A DNA stretch of 64,000 nucleotides from Camelus dromedarius. Its lineage: Eukaryota. The position numbers were made by a program, and so were the translations under genes. Position 1 is the first letter of the stretch. Each line of letters starts with the position of its first letter. Positions 24,950-36,849 of the stretch are shown here, one piece after another. Where the stretch lies: assembly GCF_036321535.1 (NCBI RefSeq), contig NC_087442.1, positions 63,922,001 through 63,986,000 on the forward strand. The letters run 5' to 3'. A model generated the notes under the pieces. It saw only the letters and a program-made list of their open reading frames with translations, made no database searches and was not told the origin of the DNA.

Positions 24950-25759
24950 CTCTCTTTTCTAACATTGCCTGAAGCACTTTGATACTAGAGCAGACTGTTT
25001 TTAAGAACCTGTTGCAGATATGACTTTCTATATTTGATACAAAGTATCAGATACAGGAGAAGCAAGCAATGACTCTTAGAACTGTTGTCAATAAATGGCC
25101 ATATATTGAGAGTTTTCTGCATGACAATGCATCAGCACCATAAAGCCTATGAACAAGTTCTGCCTCCATCTAAATTCAGCCACAGTTTATGCTGGGTCTC
25201 CACTTGGCCTGGGTTTATATAAATAATACCAGTATCAGACCCGCTTTGTGCATTCATCTTCATCCAGGAAAGTAATCTATACTTGAGTTTTCCACATGGG
25301 GCAAAGTGACTGTTCTGGAAAAGTTTCAAGTTTCCAATATTTGGGACAAACACCTTTAATATGATCTGCCCATCTCTGCTAACCACAATCACAACAGAAA
25401 GCAGAATCCTGGCCCCTCATAAGGATATGGGGAATCAGCCTTAGTGACTCTCCGCGCTTGTCAGGCCACTCACCCTGCAGACCCAGAAGAAAAGAGGGAG
25501 GGGTCTGGTCGAGGGAAGGATCCAGGCAAGGTGAAGTAAGAATGGCGCTCATTCTCCATAGCTGCAATCTCTGGCAGCTTGTAGAATAAAATCACTGAAG
25601 TACACAGGGTACATGAGGAGGAGACTAAGCAGACTGGAGTTCCAGCCATGAAAGAAGGTTCTAGAAGACAGATTATATACTGGTGCTACTCCCCAGTGCC
25701 CAAGTCTTCATTTGAATCCTTCGATTAACCTGTCAGCAATCTAAACAAATATCTCCCCT

Positions 25760-26700
25760 CCCCAAATAGAATCTGTCCTTCTCCTACAACAAAATGCTTA
25801 TGGTCAGTGCAGCAGAAAGTCTTGCTGTAAGAAAACAAGAGGACAAAAGTATGATATGTCAAACTGAAAAAAAAAAAAATCAGTAGGAACCCATAGCCTC
25901 AAAAAAGCAGAGTTTTTTCACACATCCAATAGTAGCCTTTTGATCCACTACTAACTTTCATGTGCACCCTCAGTACCCAGATTTTGGTCTATGTTCCAAT
26001 TCTCCACTATGAAAAAAAAAAAGGAATCCTTGTAAGTAACCTGATTCCAGTTCACAGGGCAGGAAGAACAAAACAGCTATGAAATATCTAGCTGTTACCA
26101 GAAAACTAGGATCCTTTCAAAAATGTCAGGGACAATGCTAGAAGGACAAAGAAATCTGCCTATAGAGATTCCTACCGGCCAAACTGTGACTGTGCATTTG
26201 AGCATCAAAAGGAAAATAAAACTATGGTTAAATGGAACAACTGAGTTATTAAAAGACCTTGACTTCATTATGATTCTGAGAGAGAAAAGTCAATATAAAG
26301 GACAAATGGCAGTTATAATATAAAAGAAGAATGAATATAATAGAGTTTATAGTTGGTTTTCATACAGGGAACTATAAGCCAAGCAGCGCTAGAAAAAGTA
26401 GAAAATGTACCAAGATAGGAATGATTGCTCAGGGCTTATGAATAGAGGATCCACACAGTGCAAGTGTAGAAAGAACAGCAACATGGGATGTTCCAGTAAC
26501 AGACCAGGTCAACATAACACAATAATAAACTAAACGATATGGAATGTTGCCTGAGCAACATTTTACGAAGAATGCATTTGGCAGAGAGAAACCAGATTGT
26601 AAAGACAATTTATGTGAAGTCAACGTGGAAGGCATATTTGGGAAACCAGCTAAATTTTAATAACTAAGTGAAATTTAACCCTTAAACACAAAAACTCAAC
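25760..26700 (+). mobile_element. Degenerate L1MC/ME fragment
   Basis: ctcagtacccagattttggtc...gggcaggaag...ccagaaaactagg...ctagaaggac...ggccaaactgtgac parallels the L1MC segment at 21.0-21.3 kb. Confidence 0.55.
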
Positions 26701-28517
26701 TTGACTGCTAACCAACTATTCAGATCCAAATCACTTTGGAAAAAAATCAACCAAGACCCCAACAAGTCTACAACTCAGATCCTGTAACCCCACTTATTCT
26801 GAAAAGATACTGTTTTACTTGTGGATTTGTAAAGATTACACAATTCCAAAAAAATTCAAATAATATTATTACTGAAATCCCTGGAAGGAATCTAAATTAG
26901 TAGATGTATAACACCACGAAGATATAAAGAGAAATACAGAAATAATATAAAATTAAACCCACAGTGTTTGTGTTTTAAAACAGGATGACTCTAAGTGTAG
27001 TAATATAATATGCAATATCATAGTTGTGCATGTTTTCTTTGTTTAAAGTATCTGAAATACGTTTTTAAAAATCAGCCACTAAATTAGCATTTGAAATTAA
27101 GGGTATTTAATTAAGTCAGTAATCAATGCTTAAGTAGATTGAGACAAATTGATTTTCAAAATTACATTTATTAGCTATGTATATTTTTAAGGATGTGGGC
27201 ACTTAGCCAAGTGCACAGGCCACTAGCTGTAAATGTTCCAAGCACAGAGAACTCTTGGGCATTCTATACACCATCAGCTTGCCTTTACATATAGTTTGTT
27301 AGTGCCTTCAGCATAGGGCACTCGAAGCTGTAGACTTCCTCCCACACCAAGCCATGGACTAAGCCAATGACAGTAAATAGCTGTGCTAGCAGTACTACGT
27401 GAAAACAACAGACATTCCAATATTAATGGGAAACAGGATATGTTTTCTCTATGATGGTATTTTTCTCACACTTCCTTGATCCATTTAGAAACTAAAGTCA
27501 CGAAATTTATATAAGCAGAGATGTCTGGTGGTACTTGAAAACAGATAAAAAGAAGAAATTATCACAAATACCAAAATAAACTTCTGCGTTTTTTTTTTCC
27601 AGTAAATTCAACAGAACCTAGAATATCAAACATGGTTAGCGATGCATCCACACATTTAGGTGTTCAACTGAATCAATTATTTTGGTTCACTCATCATTAA
27701 CAGGGGTCTGTACTTTGGCTGGCAGACTCAAAACTCAGTAAAAATTGTTAGAAATTCAAACAGTGTTGGAGGCTCCAAAAGTCACAGTTTGACCTACAAT
27801 TTTAGCTTGGAGCTATGTAAAATCCATACAACTGTCTCCCAAACTCACAGCAGTGGATTTGAAAGAGCACAGTTTAATTCAGTTAAGATTGGCATTCATT
27901 TCAAGCAAATTCATTGGGGCTAAAAATTGTCTCTTTGAATCAACCATTTTCTGGTGATAGGCATTTTATTGAGTTCAGAGTGTGACGTTCTCCACTTCCT
28001 CACTCCACACTCTTCGTGAAGGCAAACACCAGAAAAAGAATTGGTTTAAGTCATGATCTTTTGACATTCATGAAAGGTCCAATGCAAAACTGAAATCAGC
28101 AAAATTCTTGACACTGAAACAACCTCTTACATTTGTTTTTCTCCTCATCTGTTACCCCATGAGGGCCTGATGGCTTTCTCTTACTCAATATCGTCTCTCA
28201 AAATCTGCTTCCAATAAAAAAGCCATCATCAGTCATTTACAAGTTTTTGAACACTTAATTCAGAGTAATACCTCTCCCCGTAATATTTGAACTTTAAGCC
28301 TTACAGAACAAAAAGCTTCATCCCTTGTAAAAGAAATTTCAGCTATCAGGGGTAGGTGGACAAGGAATTTTGGCAGTAGGAGCAGTGAGTGGGGTGGGGG
28401 GTGACAAGGAAGAGGGTAGGAGGAATTTCTAATGCCACTAGAACCATAACCCATGACAGCTGCCTTCATCTCTAACCTAAACCTGCAAGATCTAAAAGTA
28501 TGCGGTCCTCTCTTTGG

Positions 28518-28650
28518 NNNNNNNNNNNNNNNNNNNNNNNNNNNNNNNNNNNNNNNNNNNNNNNNNNNNNNNNNNNNNNNNNNNNNNNNNNNNNNNNNNN
28601 NNNNNNNNNNNNNNNNNNNNNNNNNNNNNNNNNNNNNNNNNNNNNNNNNN
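28518..28650. other. Assembly gap (N x133)
   Basis: Run of N. Confidence 1.
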
Positions 28651-28794
28651 TACATGAGCAAAGAAATACACTGCGTTATCTATACATATATAAAGGAACA
28701 TTTGCATGAATGGTTTATCAGAACCAACATCCTGCCTAAAATCACCTTCAGAACGTTAGTTAATATACAGGCAAGCCTGTCACCCTCATTAAAC

Positions 28795-28870
28795 CAAAAC
28801 TAAATGACTTAGAACAAATTGTTTAAACTCTCCAGGTCTCAGTCTTCTCATCTGTAAAATGATACAGCCA
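28795..28870 (+). mobile_element. MIR core fragment
   Basis: atgacttagaacaaattgtttaaactctccaggtctcagtcttctcatctgtaaaatg. Confidence 0.7.
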
Positions 28871-29459
28871 GAGTAAACAGCTCTTCGGATCTTTCATAGC
28901 TCAACTGTTCTGTTATGAACCCCAGGCGGCAGCTTACAGCTGATAAATGATTTTAAGCAGTTAAGTAGACCAACTAGATAGATAAGACCAGACACATAAA
29001 TTCACTTCTTTGTGCTTCCTTTTGCCTTCCATTTCCCTATTATTTTAGGGTTTGGAGAGGAGGCAGACAGGTCCACACCACGAACACCTCTCCTGGGAGC
29101 TCCAGCCTCTATGGGTCTTCTTAACTCTAAAATCCTGGCATTGTTTCTCAGTGATGACATCCTGCGCTTTTGGCTGAGGGGTTATCTGAGAGCAGAACGG
29201 GGCAGCAGTCAACACTGTAGGATGTTTTGGCAACCCTGGTTCTGTCTACTAAATGTTTACTGTGCCCTATGTCACAGTCACCACAGTTACCATCGCAACT
29301 AAAAATGCCCTCACCAGGAACGTCACTTTTGGACTGTACTTCATAATTTGTCACTTAAATATATGCTGTCTAGTTTACTTTCACATATACTGTGGAATTT
29401 GTTTTCATGTGCTTGGTTTATTCTGCTGGGGTGGAAGGGGGTCTTTGTCTTGTTCTGTT

Positions 29460-29596
29460 TCTCATGTGTTTGTACTTCCATGACCAGACTGTAAACACCT
29501 GAGCACAGAAGCCACATCTTCCATTTCTTTCATGTTCCCAAAGCCTCAGAGATGGCATGAAATGGGTGCTCCACTAATATTTACTCAAAGATGAAT
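29460..29596 (+). mobile_element. L2 3' end
   Basis: ccagactgtaaacacctgagcacagaagccacatctt...gtgctccactaatatttt...gatgaat. Confidence 0.6.
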
Positions 29597-30170
29597 AGTT
29601 TTCCTTATTGTAAGCCTTCCTCTTTAACTATACCTAGACCATTACAAAAATGAGTCCTAAAAAACTACAGAACAATGAGGCACCTTCTGAGTGGAGATCT
29701 TTTCCAGTCAATGAAAAGGCTTCACCAGCTGTTCCCACACACCAGAGTTCAGTGTCTGTTATTGGGATTTAATTTGAAAATGCTTATTTTTCTACTGACT
29801 GGTTTCTTTGGGGTCTGACCTAATTTTATTCAATCCTGAGCCCATCAGCTAATGGATACAGTTGAATGGAGAACTCTTGAGGACACACATTCCTTACTGC
29901 CGCTTCAGTGATTGTAATTTTGTTACAACACTTGCTGGGCTCAGTACTTATCACCAAGAGACTTGATTGTCGTATTGTTGATTCTATTATGAAATATTTA
30001 GATGGTCTTCCCAGGAGCTTAAGCTTTAATCTGCATTACTAAAATCACTGCATTTAGTTGCTGTCCCTTCTGTTATAATTACACACTTGATTTAGGTATT
30101 AGATTACAGTTTGCTTAAAGGCGTACATAGATGCATATATTTACTGACCTTTAGGTTCTTTATTTTACAC

Positions 30171-30286
30171 TATTTCCACTAAAAACTAACTATTCCAAAA
30201 AGGTCAAGGGGAAAAAGAAGTTGTTATGTGAAATTTTCTGACCTCCCTTGACATCTGTAATTATATGCTGGTTAAAATTCCATGAT
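30171..30286. repeat. Unclassified ~120-bp direct repeat, copy A (copy B at 31323-31442)
   Basis: Manual alignment gives about 80% identity, including exact gtcaaggggaaaaagaag and ttatatgctggttaaaattccat. Confidence 0.9.
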
Positions 30287-30419
30287 TTCATAATGATCAA
30301 TTTAACACGAAGTTTAATGAACACTCATAGAAAGGGCAGAAATGCCCTCTGTTGTTAGTTGTGGCCTATATAGGTTTCTTGGAATGTGGTTATTTTGAGC
30401 GATCAGGATTTCATCTGGA

Positions 30420-30575
30420 ATATTCTCTAACCCTTGCTGCTTGCAGACCAGCAGCACTGCATCCCCTCCACCGGAAATCACAGTCCCCACCCTCACCCCA
30501 GTCCTGAGTCAGAACCTGCATTTTAACAAGATCCCCAGGGATCTGTGTGCACATTAACGTCTGAGATTCAGTTCT
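30420..30575 (+). mobile_element. MER5-family hAT relic
   Basis: gaccagcagcac...cccagtcctgagtcagaacctgcattttaacaagatccccagggatctgtgtgcacattaacgtctgaga. Confidence 0.8.
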
Positions 30576-31322
30576 CTAAACCATATAATGAATGATAGAT
30601 TCTGTTGCTACGGTCAAATATGGGACTGAGATTGTGAGAGAGGTCCAGGGTTTGAGAGGGAAAATTTGTTTCAATCTCTGGGTACAATATGAGTGATAAT
30701 CATTCAACATTCCCTGGGCAGCATTTTTGCTCAAAATTCCCACAAAATATCATGGTAATTTCAGATAATTCTTTACTATAATCTTGAACTCTGAAATACA
30801 ATCTTCCAATAAAGTTAACTCAATATATTTAGGAATTTTTAAAAAGCAATGGGATTGGAGTGAGCGAGGAACAGAGGAAGGAGAATATACATGGGTTATA
30901 ATAGCATATGTGCCATTACTTCCTGCATAGAAACATGGATTTATGTGTTTCTAACACAGAAGCATTGTTTTGCCATGAGCCACCACAGCTGTAAAAAAAT
31001 TACCACAAAATTATTACAAGGAGAACTGAACCAAGAATTTTGCTCTACTCTTTATTTACCAGAGTTTATGTGATAGCTTTGGGGAAAAAAAATTCAGAGG
31101 AAGTGACTTCAGGATCCAGAAGCAGAATTTTAAAAGGAACTTACATTTGTGAAGAGTGCTGTGTATTGTAAAACAAGTCTTCCTTTAGAAGGAAGAAAAA
31201 AGCCTTTTGCCTGCGAGGCATCACTGAACATTTTGCACCCCAGTCTGGACAAAGGACACGAACCCCTACTCCCAAACAGAAGGACATGGCAATTCTGTGG
31301 AAGTCTGGCATCTTTCACTCAC

Positions 31323-31442
31323 TGTTTCCACTGAAAATTTACTAGAGATCTCAAAAATGTCAAGGGGAAAAAGAAGACGACGTGTGAATTTTCTGACTCC
31401 CACTTGACATCCATACTTATATGCTGGTTAAAATTCCATCAT
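31323..31442. repeat. Unclassified ~120-bp direct repeat, copy B
   Basis: See copy A; internal inverted repeat ATGTCAAG...CTTGACAT. Confidence 0.9.
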
Positions 31443-33459
31443 GGAAAAAAGACAGTTAGGAGTCTAGCATTCATATCATATGGCCAAACAAATATATGGT
31501 GTTGGGAGGTGAAATATTAGAGTCGACATCTATATTGCGTTTCCCCTCCCATTTAGAGCCAGAGGGCTCAGAAATGGGGCAGATGAAATGAGAATCCCCA
31601 TGCACAGCATGGGAGTGGCTTTGTGGAGATTCCACAAAGCAAAAGCCTGATCCAACCTACAAAATTCCCACAGCTGCACTGGGAACTGGAATACCCATTC
31701 TCGACAAAACAGAAGAATCGAGCTACAGAAAGTGGCTCACACTGCATGGCTAATTAGTTTCTTCATCAAGACACTATTCCCTTATAGCTCTTAATCTCGG
31801 AAGACAGTCTGTTTCTGCAAATAGGGACTTTCTCCCCTCTCTCACAGAATTGACAGGTTTAAAGGTAGCTTTTCTTTTTATTAGGTTTTGTCTTGGGTCC
31901 TAATTGAGAAAAGGAAACCAAAGAGTATTTTCAAAGGACCCCACACCATGCAGACGTGCAAAATAACATGGCAAAGGGGTGGCAACTAATATTAACTATG
32001 GCAATTTTAAAACGAATACCATCTCAGAAGCTCTAATAACCCATTAACAGATCAGGCTGAACTCAGATTCACAGATGTTTAAAATCAATAACATGGTCCA
32101 GGAGGCTTTCTACCAGGACACACATGCTTAGTGTTTGAGAGCTTTTCTTTTTTAACATCATGAGGACAGAGAAGCTCTCATTTGTCTCAAAGGCTGTGCA
32201 AACAAGAGTCTCAGGTGCCTTCTGAATTCTGTTTTCTCTTCCTAGTTTCACTGCACCACCTACAGCTTCTTTGTACTAAACCAGGCTGGTTCTCCCTTCA
32301 TGTTATACCTTTCAAATATCTGTAGCTCACTAGTCTGTCCCTCATGTAAGATAACGTATCCAGAAGGTAAAATAACATTAAAAATGGAAACCTGAAAAGA
32401 AGACACTACCGGAGGTACTGAGTAAACCATTAGAACCTGAATTTCTTTCCCCTGGTAACCACATGAACCAGCACTTAAAAATAAAGATTATAAATATTTT
32501 TAAATTCTTTCCCTGAAGGAGAAATAAAATACTACCTTCTTATTCTGAAACAGATGGCTGTATAAATAAATACAACTTACAGCTCCTCACCTACAATAAC
32601 CATATTTTTAATAACATTTAAATGCATTATGAATGCTTGGAAAGTAATTTCATGATCAATGTCAAGAGTGATGTTAGAAAGTTTAAAAGTTTAATGATTT
32701 TATCCTAATAAATCCAGATGCAAACCCCAACAAAGAATTTAGAAAAATATAGGGCATCACTTAATATAGGATTGACTTTTGAAGCTCTTAAAATTTTCAG
32801 AGAATCATATATGGGTCACCAACCACACAGAGTTTATGAAGAGAAACACAGGGAACAATGAACCCTTGGGGAGAAAATGGAAGCATCTTTCAATGTAGGT
32901 TTAACAACTGGCCCATCTATTGTAAAGAGCTAAAATTTCAGCAATAACAAATCTGACAGCAATCCGTTAATAATAAAGTCCTAACTGCTTTCATGAGGAC
33001 TGGTCGTGTAAACCTTTCCTGTGGCTGAGAAAATTCAATAGTGAATCCAAACTGAGATATCCAAGGTGAACAGAGCAGAACAGTGGGATACACGTGTCCT
33101 GCTGTTCGTCTGCCACCTGAAAACAAACCCCAGTGCTTCCAGGAGCATTTCAGTATCATCTTTGTATTTTTAGTGAGATCTCATTTAGCTGTGGAATAAG
33201 CTGCTGGGCAAACTTGTCTCAGCTGGGCAGAAGAGGAAGTCTATAGAATATATCACCCTTCCAAAACCTGCCAGATGATAATCGGAACACTTGAGCATTC
33301 TTTCATAACCTCCTTTTATCCACTCAAACCCAATAACATTAAGAAACTGTCACATACACTCAATAATCAAGCAAACTGGAGAAGGATCTTGGGCAAGACA
33401 CAACGCAAGTTGATAGAAAAGAGATTTGGGAATTAAGGGTTTCTAGATGATGACAACAA

Positions 33460-33700
33460 TGATATGATGATGATTACTGAGCTCCTATTAAATGAGCTAC
33501 TGTTTAAAATACTTTATAAGTAGTTTCTCACTTAATCTCTACAACAACCCCATGAGGTACTATTATTATCTCGACTGAATAAATGATTAAATTGAGGCAC
33601 ACAAGAACTAGATAACATGGCCAAGACCACACAGAGTATGCACAGGAAATGGGATTTATTCCAGGATTCCAATTACAAAGCCCAAGCTCTTGACCACCAG
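33460..33700 (-). mobile_element. MIR, near full length
   Basis: ttactgagctcc...cacttaatctctacaacaaccccatgaggtactattattatc...attgaggcac...ccaagaccacacag...gcccaagctcttgaccac. Confidence 0.75.
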
Positions 33701-34944
33701 GTTGTCTTCCTTACGTGTCCCCTGGGACTTATATCCTGAGCAAAATAAGCAAAGGACAGACCTGATCTGCAACATTTCTCTCATTCTTTCCTCTCCTGAT
33801 GCAAAAGAGAAGCACTTTTAAAACTGAACAAAGTAACTGCTCTGTGGTTTAACGTTTTCTGACCCATCCTCCTCGCCATTGCCACCACTTAAATTTAACG
33901 TACTTCTGACTAATCTGATTCTGAATCAGCCTCATATTAAAAGTCAAGCCTGAACATCAAAGTATTTAGGGCTCTGGGTGAGGGTGGGGGCAGAAAGCAG
34001 TAAGATTTATTAAGAAGAACAGGCTGATGGGGAGGATGGGAAGGTTCAGGCATCAGACGTCACCATGTTGAGTCTTCCTCTTCACATACATGTCTGTGTT
34101 TCCTGAACAGTACGTTAAAGCCATGGATATAAACTGCTGATTGAGCCCATCTAAGAATCATTGAATTGATCAATGGCGGATAAAGGAACAGCTCTGGGGC
34201 CTTAACTTGGCTTCCTAAAAAGGATCCTCTATCAGAAAATCGTCTAGATTTAAGAGCAAGATCAAGAAAAAATGTGAGAAAGAGAATGCTATATTGATGA
34301 AGCCAGGCTTACCTTATCCAACGGAAATCCACTTAATATGGCATCAAGCTTACACCCTCTCTCATTCCTCTCTGTCTAACCCAGATACTTGCAGTTTAGG
34401 GATTGAGTGTCCACTGAAAACGGCAGTAGGGAGCGAGAGATGGCTTGCAGTGGGCATAAGGGGACTGAGTAGAGTCTCACTCTCCCACTGGCCAAATGAA
34501 ATGACAATAAGCCAATTAGATTACACGATTATTGAAGTACCTCCCAGTTCTAAGAGTCTGATTCTGCAAGAGGACTTCAACATGATCAGTCTTTGCTTAT
34601 AAAGCTAGAGTAAGGGACTAGAAGCAGAGTGGGTAAAATTCGAACGATAATAATGAGAAAAGCCACAGTCCAGCCTTCCACTGAATATTTCAGACGATAA
34701 CTGCTCTCTGTCAGCAAAGAACTGACATGAAAGTCTCACTAGCCCAATTACCATGCTCAATTACCAGGCCATGTAAAGAATCCAAATGTAATATATCCTT
34801 GGATCATTTCTTCAGTGCCATTCCTTACCCTTTCTCCCCAGGCACTTATTTTTAGTATCTCTAAATTACCTATTTATTAGATGCCCATATGGGAACTTGA
34901 TTGAGTAAAATCATATAAGGGGGGAAATTGCTGTCTTTTCAGTA

Positions 34945-35462
34945 TGAAAACCAAAGCATACGTTAAAAAGGAATGAAATTCTAATACATGGTATGACATA
35001 CATGGATGAATCTTAAAAACATGCTAAGTGAAATTAATTGAACACAAAAGAACAAATATCGTATGATTCCACTTGATATGAGATACCTAGAATAAGCAGA
35101 TTCATAGACACAGAAAGTGGGCTAGATGGGGTAGGGGTATAGCTCAGTGGTAGAGTGAATGCCGAGCATGCACAAAGTCCCAGGTTCAATTCCCAGTTAC
35201 CTCCAATTAAAAAAAAATTAAAACAAAACAAAAAAAAGAAAGAAAGAAGATTCAGGGGCTGGGGGAAGAGAGAATAAGAAGTTATCATTTAATGGGTACA
35301 GAATTTCTACTAGGGATGATGAAAAGTTCTGAAAACGGACAGTGATGATGGTAGTAAACACTGAATGTACTTATGCCAATGAATTACACACTTAAAAATG
35401 ACTAAAATGGAAAATTTTATGGTATGTATATTTTATATCATAATTTTTAAAATGAAAAAAAA
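34945..35462 (+). mobile_element. L1MA/L1MB-type 3' end (interrupted by SINE copy 2)
   Basis: aaaaaggaatgaaattct...acatggatgaatcttaaaaacatgctaagtgaa...gtatgattccact...tttaatgggtacagaatttc...gatgatgaaaagttctg...cacttaaaaatg...attttatggtatgtatattttat plus an A-rich tail. Confidence 0.9.
35128..35245 (+). mobile_element. tRNA-Ala-derived SINE, copy 2
   Basis: ggggtaggggtatagctcagtggtagagtgaatgccgagcatgcacaaagtcccaggttcaattcccagttacctcca plus an A-rich tail; A box TAGCTCAGTGG and B box GGTTCAATTCC. Confidence 0.92.
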
Positions 35463-36849
35463 TCAAAGCATACAATACCTGGGGTTTGGGGGAGCTTCAC
35501 AAATGTCCAAAATGGGGGGAAAAAACTGCTCCAAAATTTCTCCTTGAAATATTTTTTTTTAAAGTAGATGGTAAGTTTTATGTGGACAGGAACCAGATCT
35601 GTTTTACTTACTGGTACACAGCAGTCACACAGTTACACAGTGGACTCTCTATAAACGTCTGTTTAATAAATAAATGATTGAAGAGAGTAGGGAAAGGATT
35701 CTCCTAAGTAGGAATATATAAAAAAGCATCAAGTTTACTTATTCATGAGAAAGTATAATGGGGCATATTACCAAGGAAAATACCAATGCTACTATCTCTG
35801 AGCTCTTTCAGGGAAGGGAGTGTATCTGTTTCACCTGAACTTCCTTCACAGCACCTGTCTTACAACATCTTACACAGAGTTAATGGCTAATAAATGTTTG
35901 CAATGAATAAAAAATTGTATGATTGTAAAGTCAGTGTCACATTACTGCTCTCCTATTCCCCCTTTTAAAAATTACTTACTTTTTGCAAATGTACAATTCC
36001 TTCTGTCACAGGATGAAAAAATAAACCTCACAGCTGAAGGTAAAAATATAAATAGCTAGAACACATCATTCACAGAGAAAGAAACAGCAAACACAGGGCA
36101 CATCATCTTCTGAATACAAAAAAAAAAGTTTTTTAAGACCAAATGAAGTATAGAAAAGAATAGCTTATAGTCCATCTTGATTTTTTTAGGAAATAACAAA
36201 TGGTCAGAATAAAAGAAAATTTGAAGTTTTTCTGGAAGAAAATCCAAATATTCATTTCCCAAAATCAATGTCCAACCTTTACAATAAACAGTTCAGTGAA
36301 TACAGAAGAATATTTAAATCTCCTCCTCCCCACCAAAAAAATTCTAGTGAACCCAAATATTATAAATATTTCTCTCAATTAGCCTATCAAGTAATCAGGT
36401 GTTCTTTCTTAAAAATACTTTATGTCACAAAATTATACATAACTGGTTTATGGCCAACATGCTACAGCAAGTTATGATCATTATCTCAACTAATATTCGC
36501 TACCTACATCATTTACATTTCACATGAAGAACTCAGTTAAAGTAGACACAAGTAGAATTTTGAATGCAAAAAAATCGAATGCTGACATCCTTAACCGTAT
36601 CTACATAATAGATGGATCCTTATAAATTCACCGGGACTATGTAATGTAATAGTCTCAGTTTGAACAATATTAAAACATGCCTTCAACTTTAACCACCCCC
36701 ACTCCCAATACCATGTGCCAATTAACAAAGGAAATAAGGAATGCAACCTCGGTAGGTATCAAGGTTTACATTTCTGTCTCTCAATTGTTATCTTCTCCAC
36801 AAGCAGGTAAGCATCATTTTGGAGGAGACTGTCTGCTGCCCCGTCCTCC

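Noticed and set aside
30160-31442. Interpreting the duplicated 120-bp units as LTRs of a mini-retroelement or as snRNA/snoRNA
   Set aside because: No TSD or primer-binding site, TG..CA ends only in copy B, and no match to the U1-U12 or H/ACA layouts I can recall.
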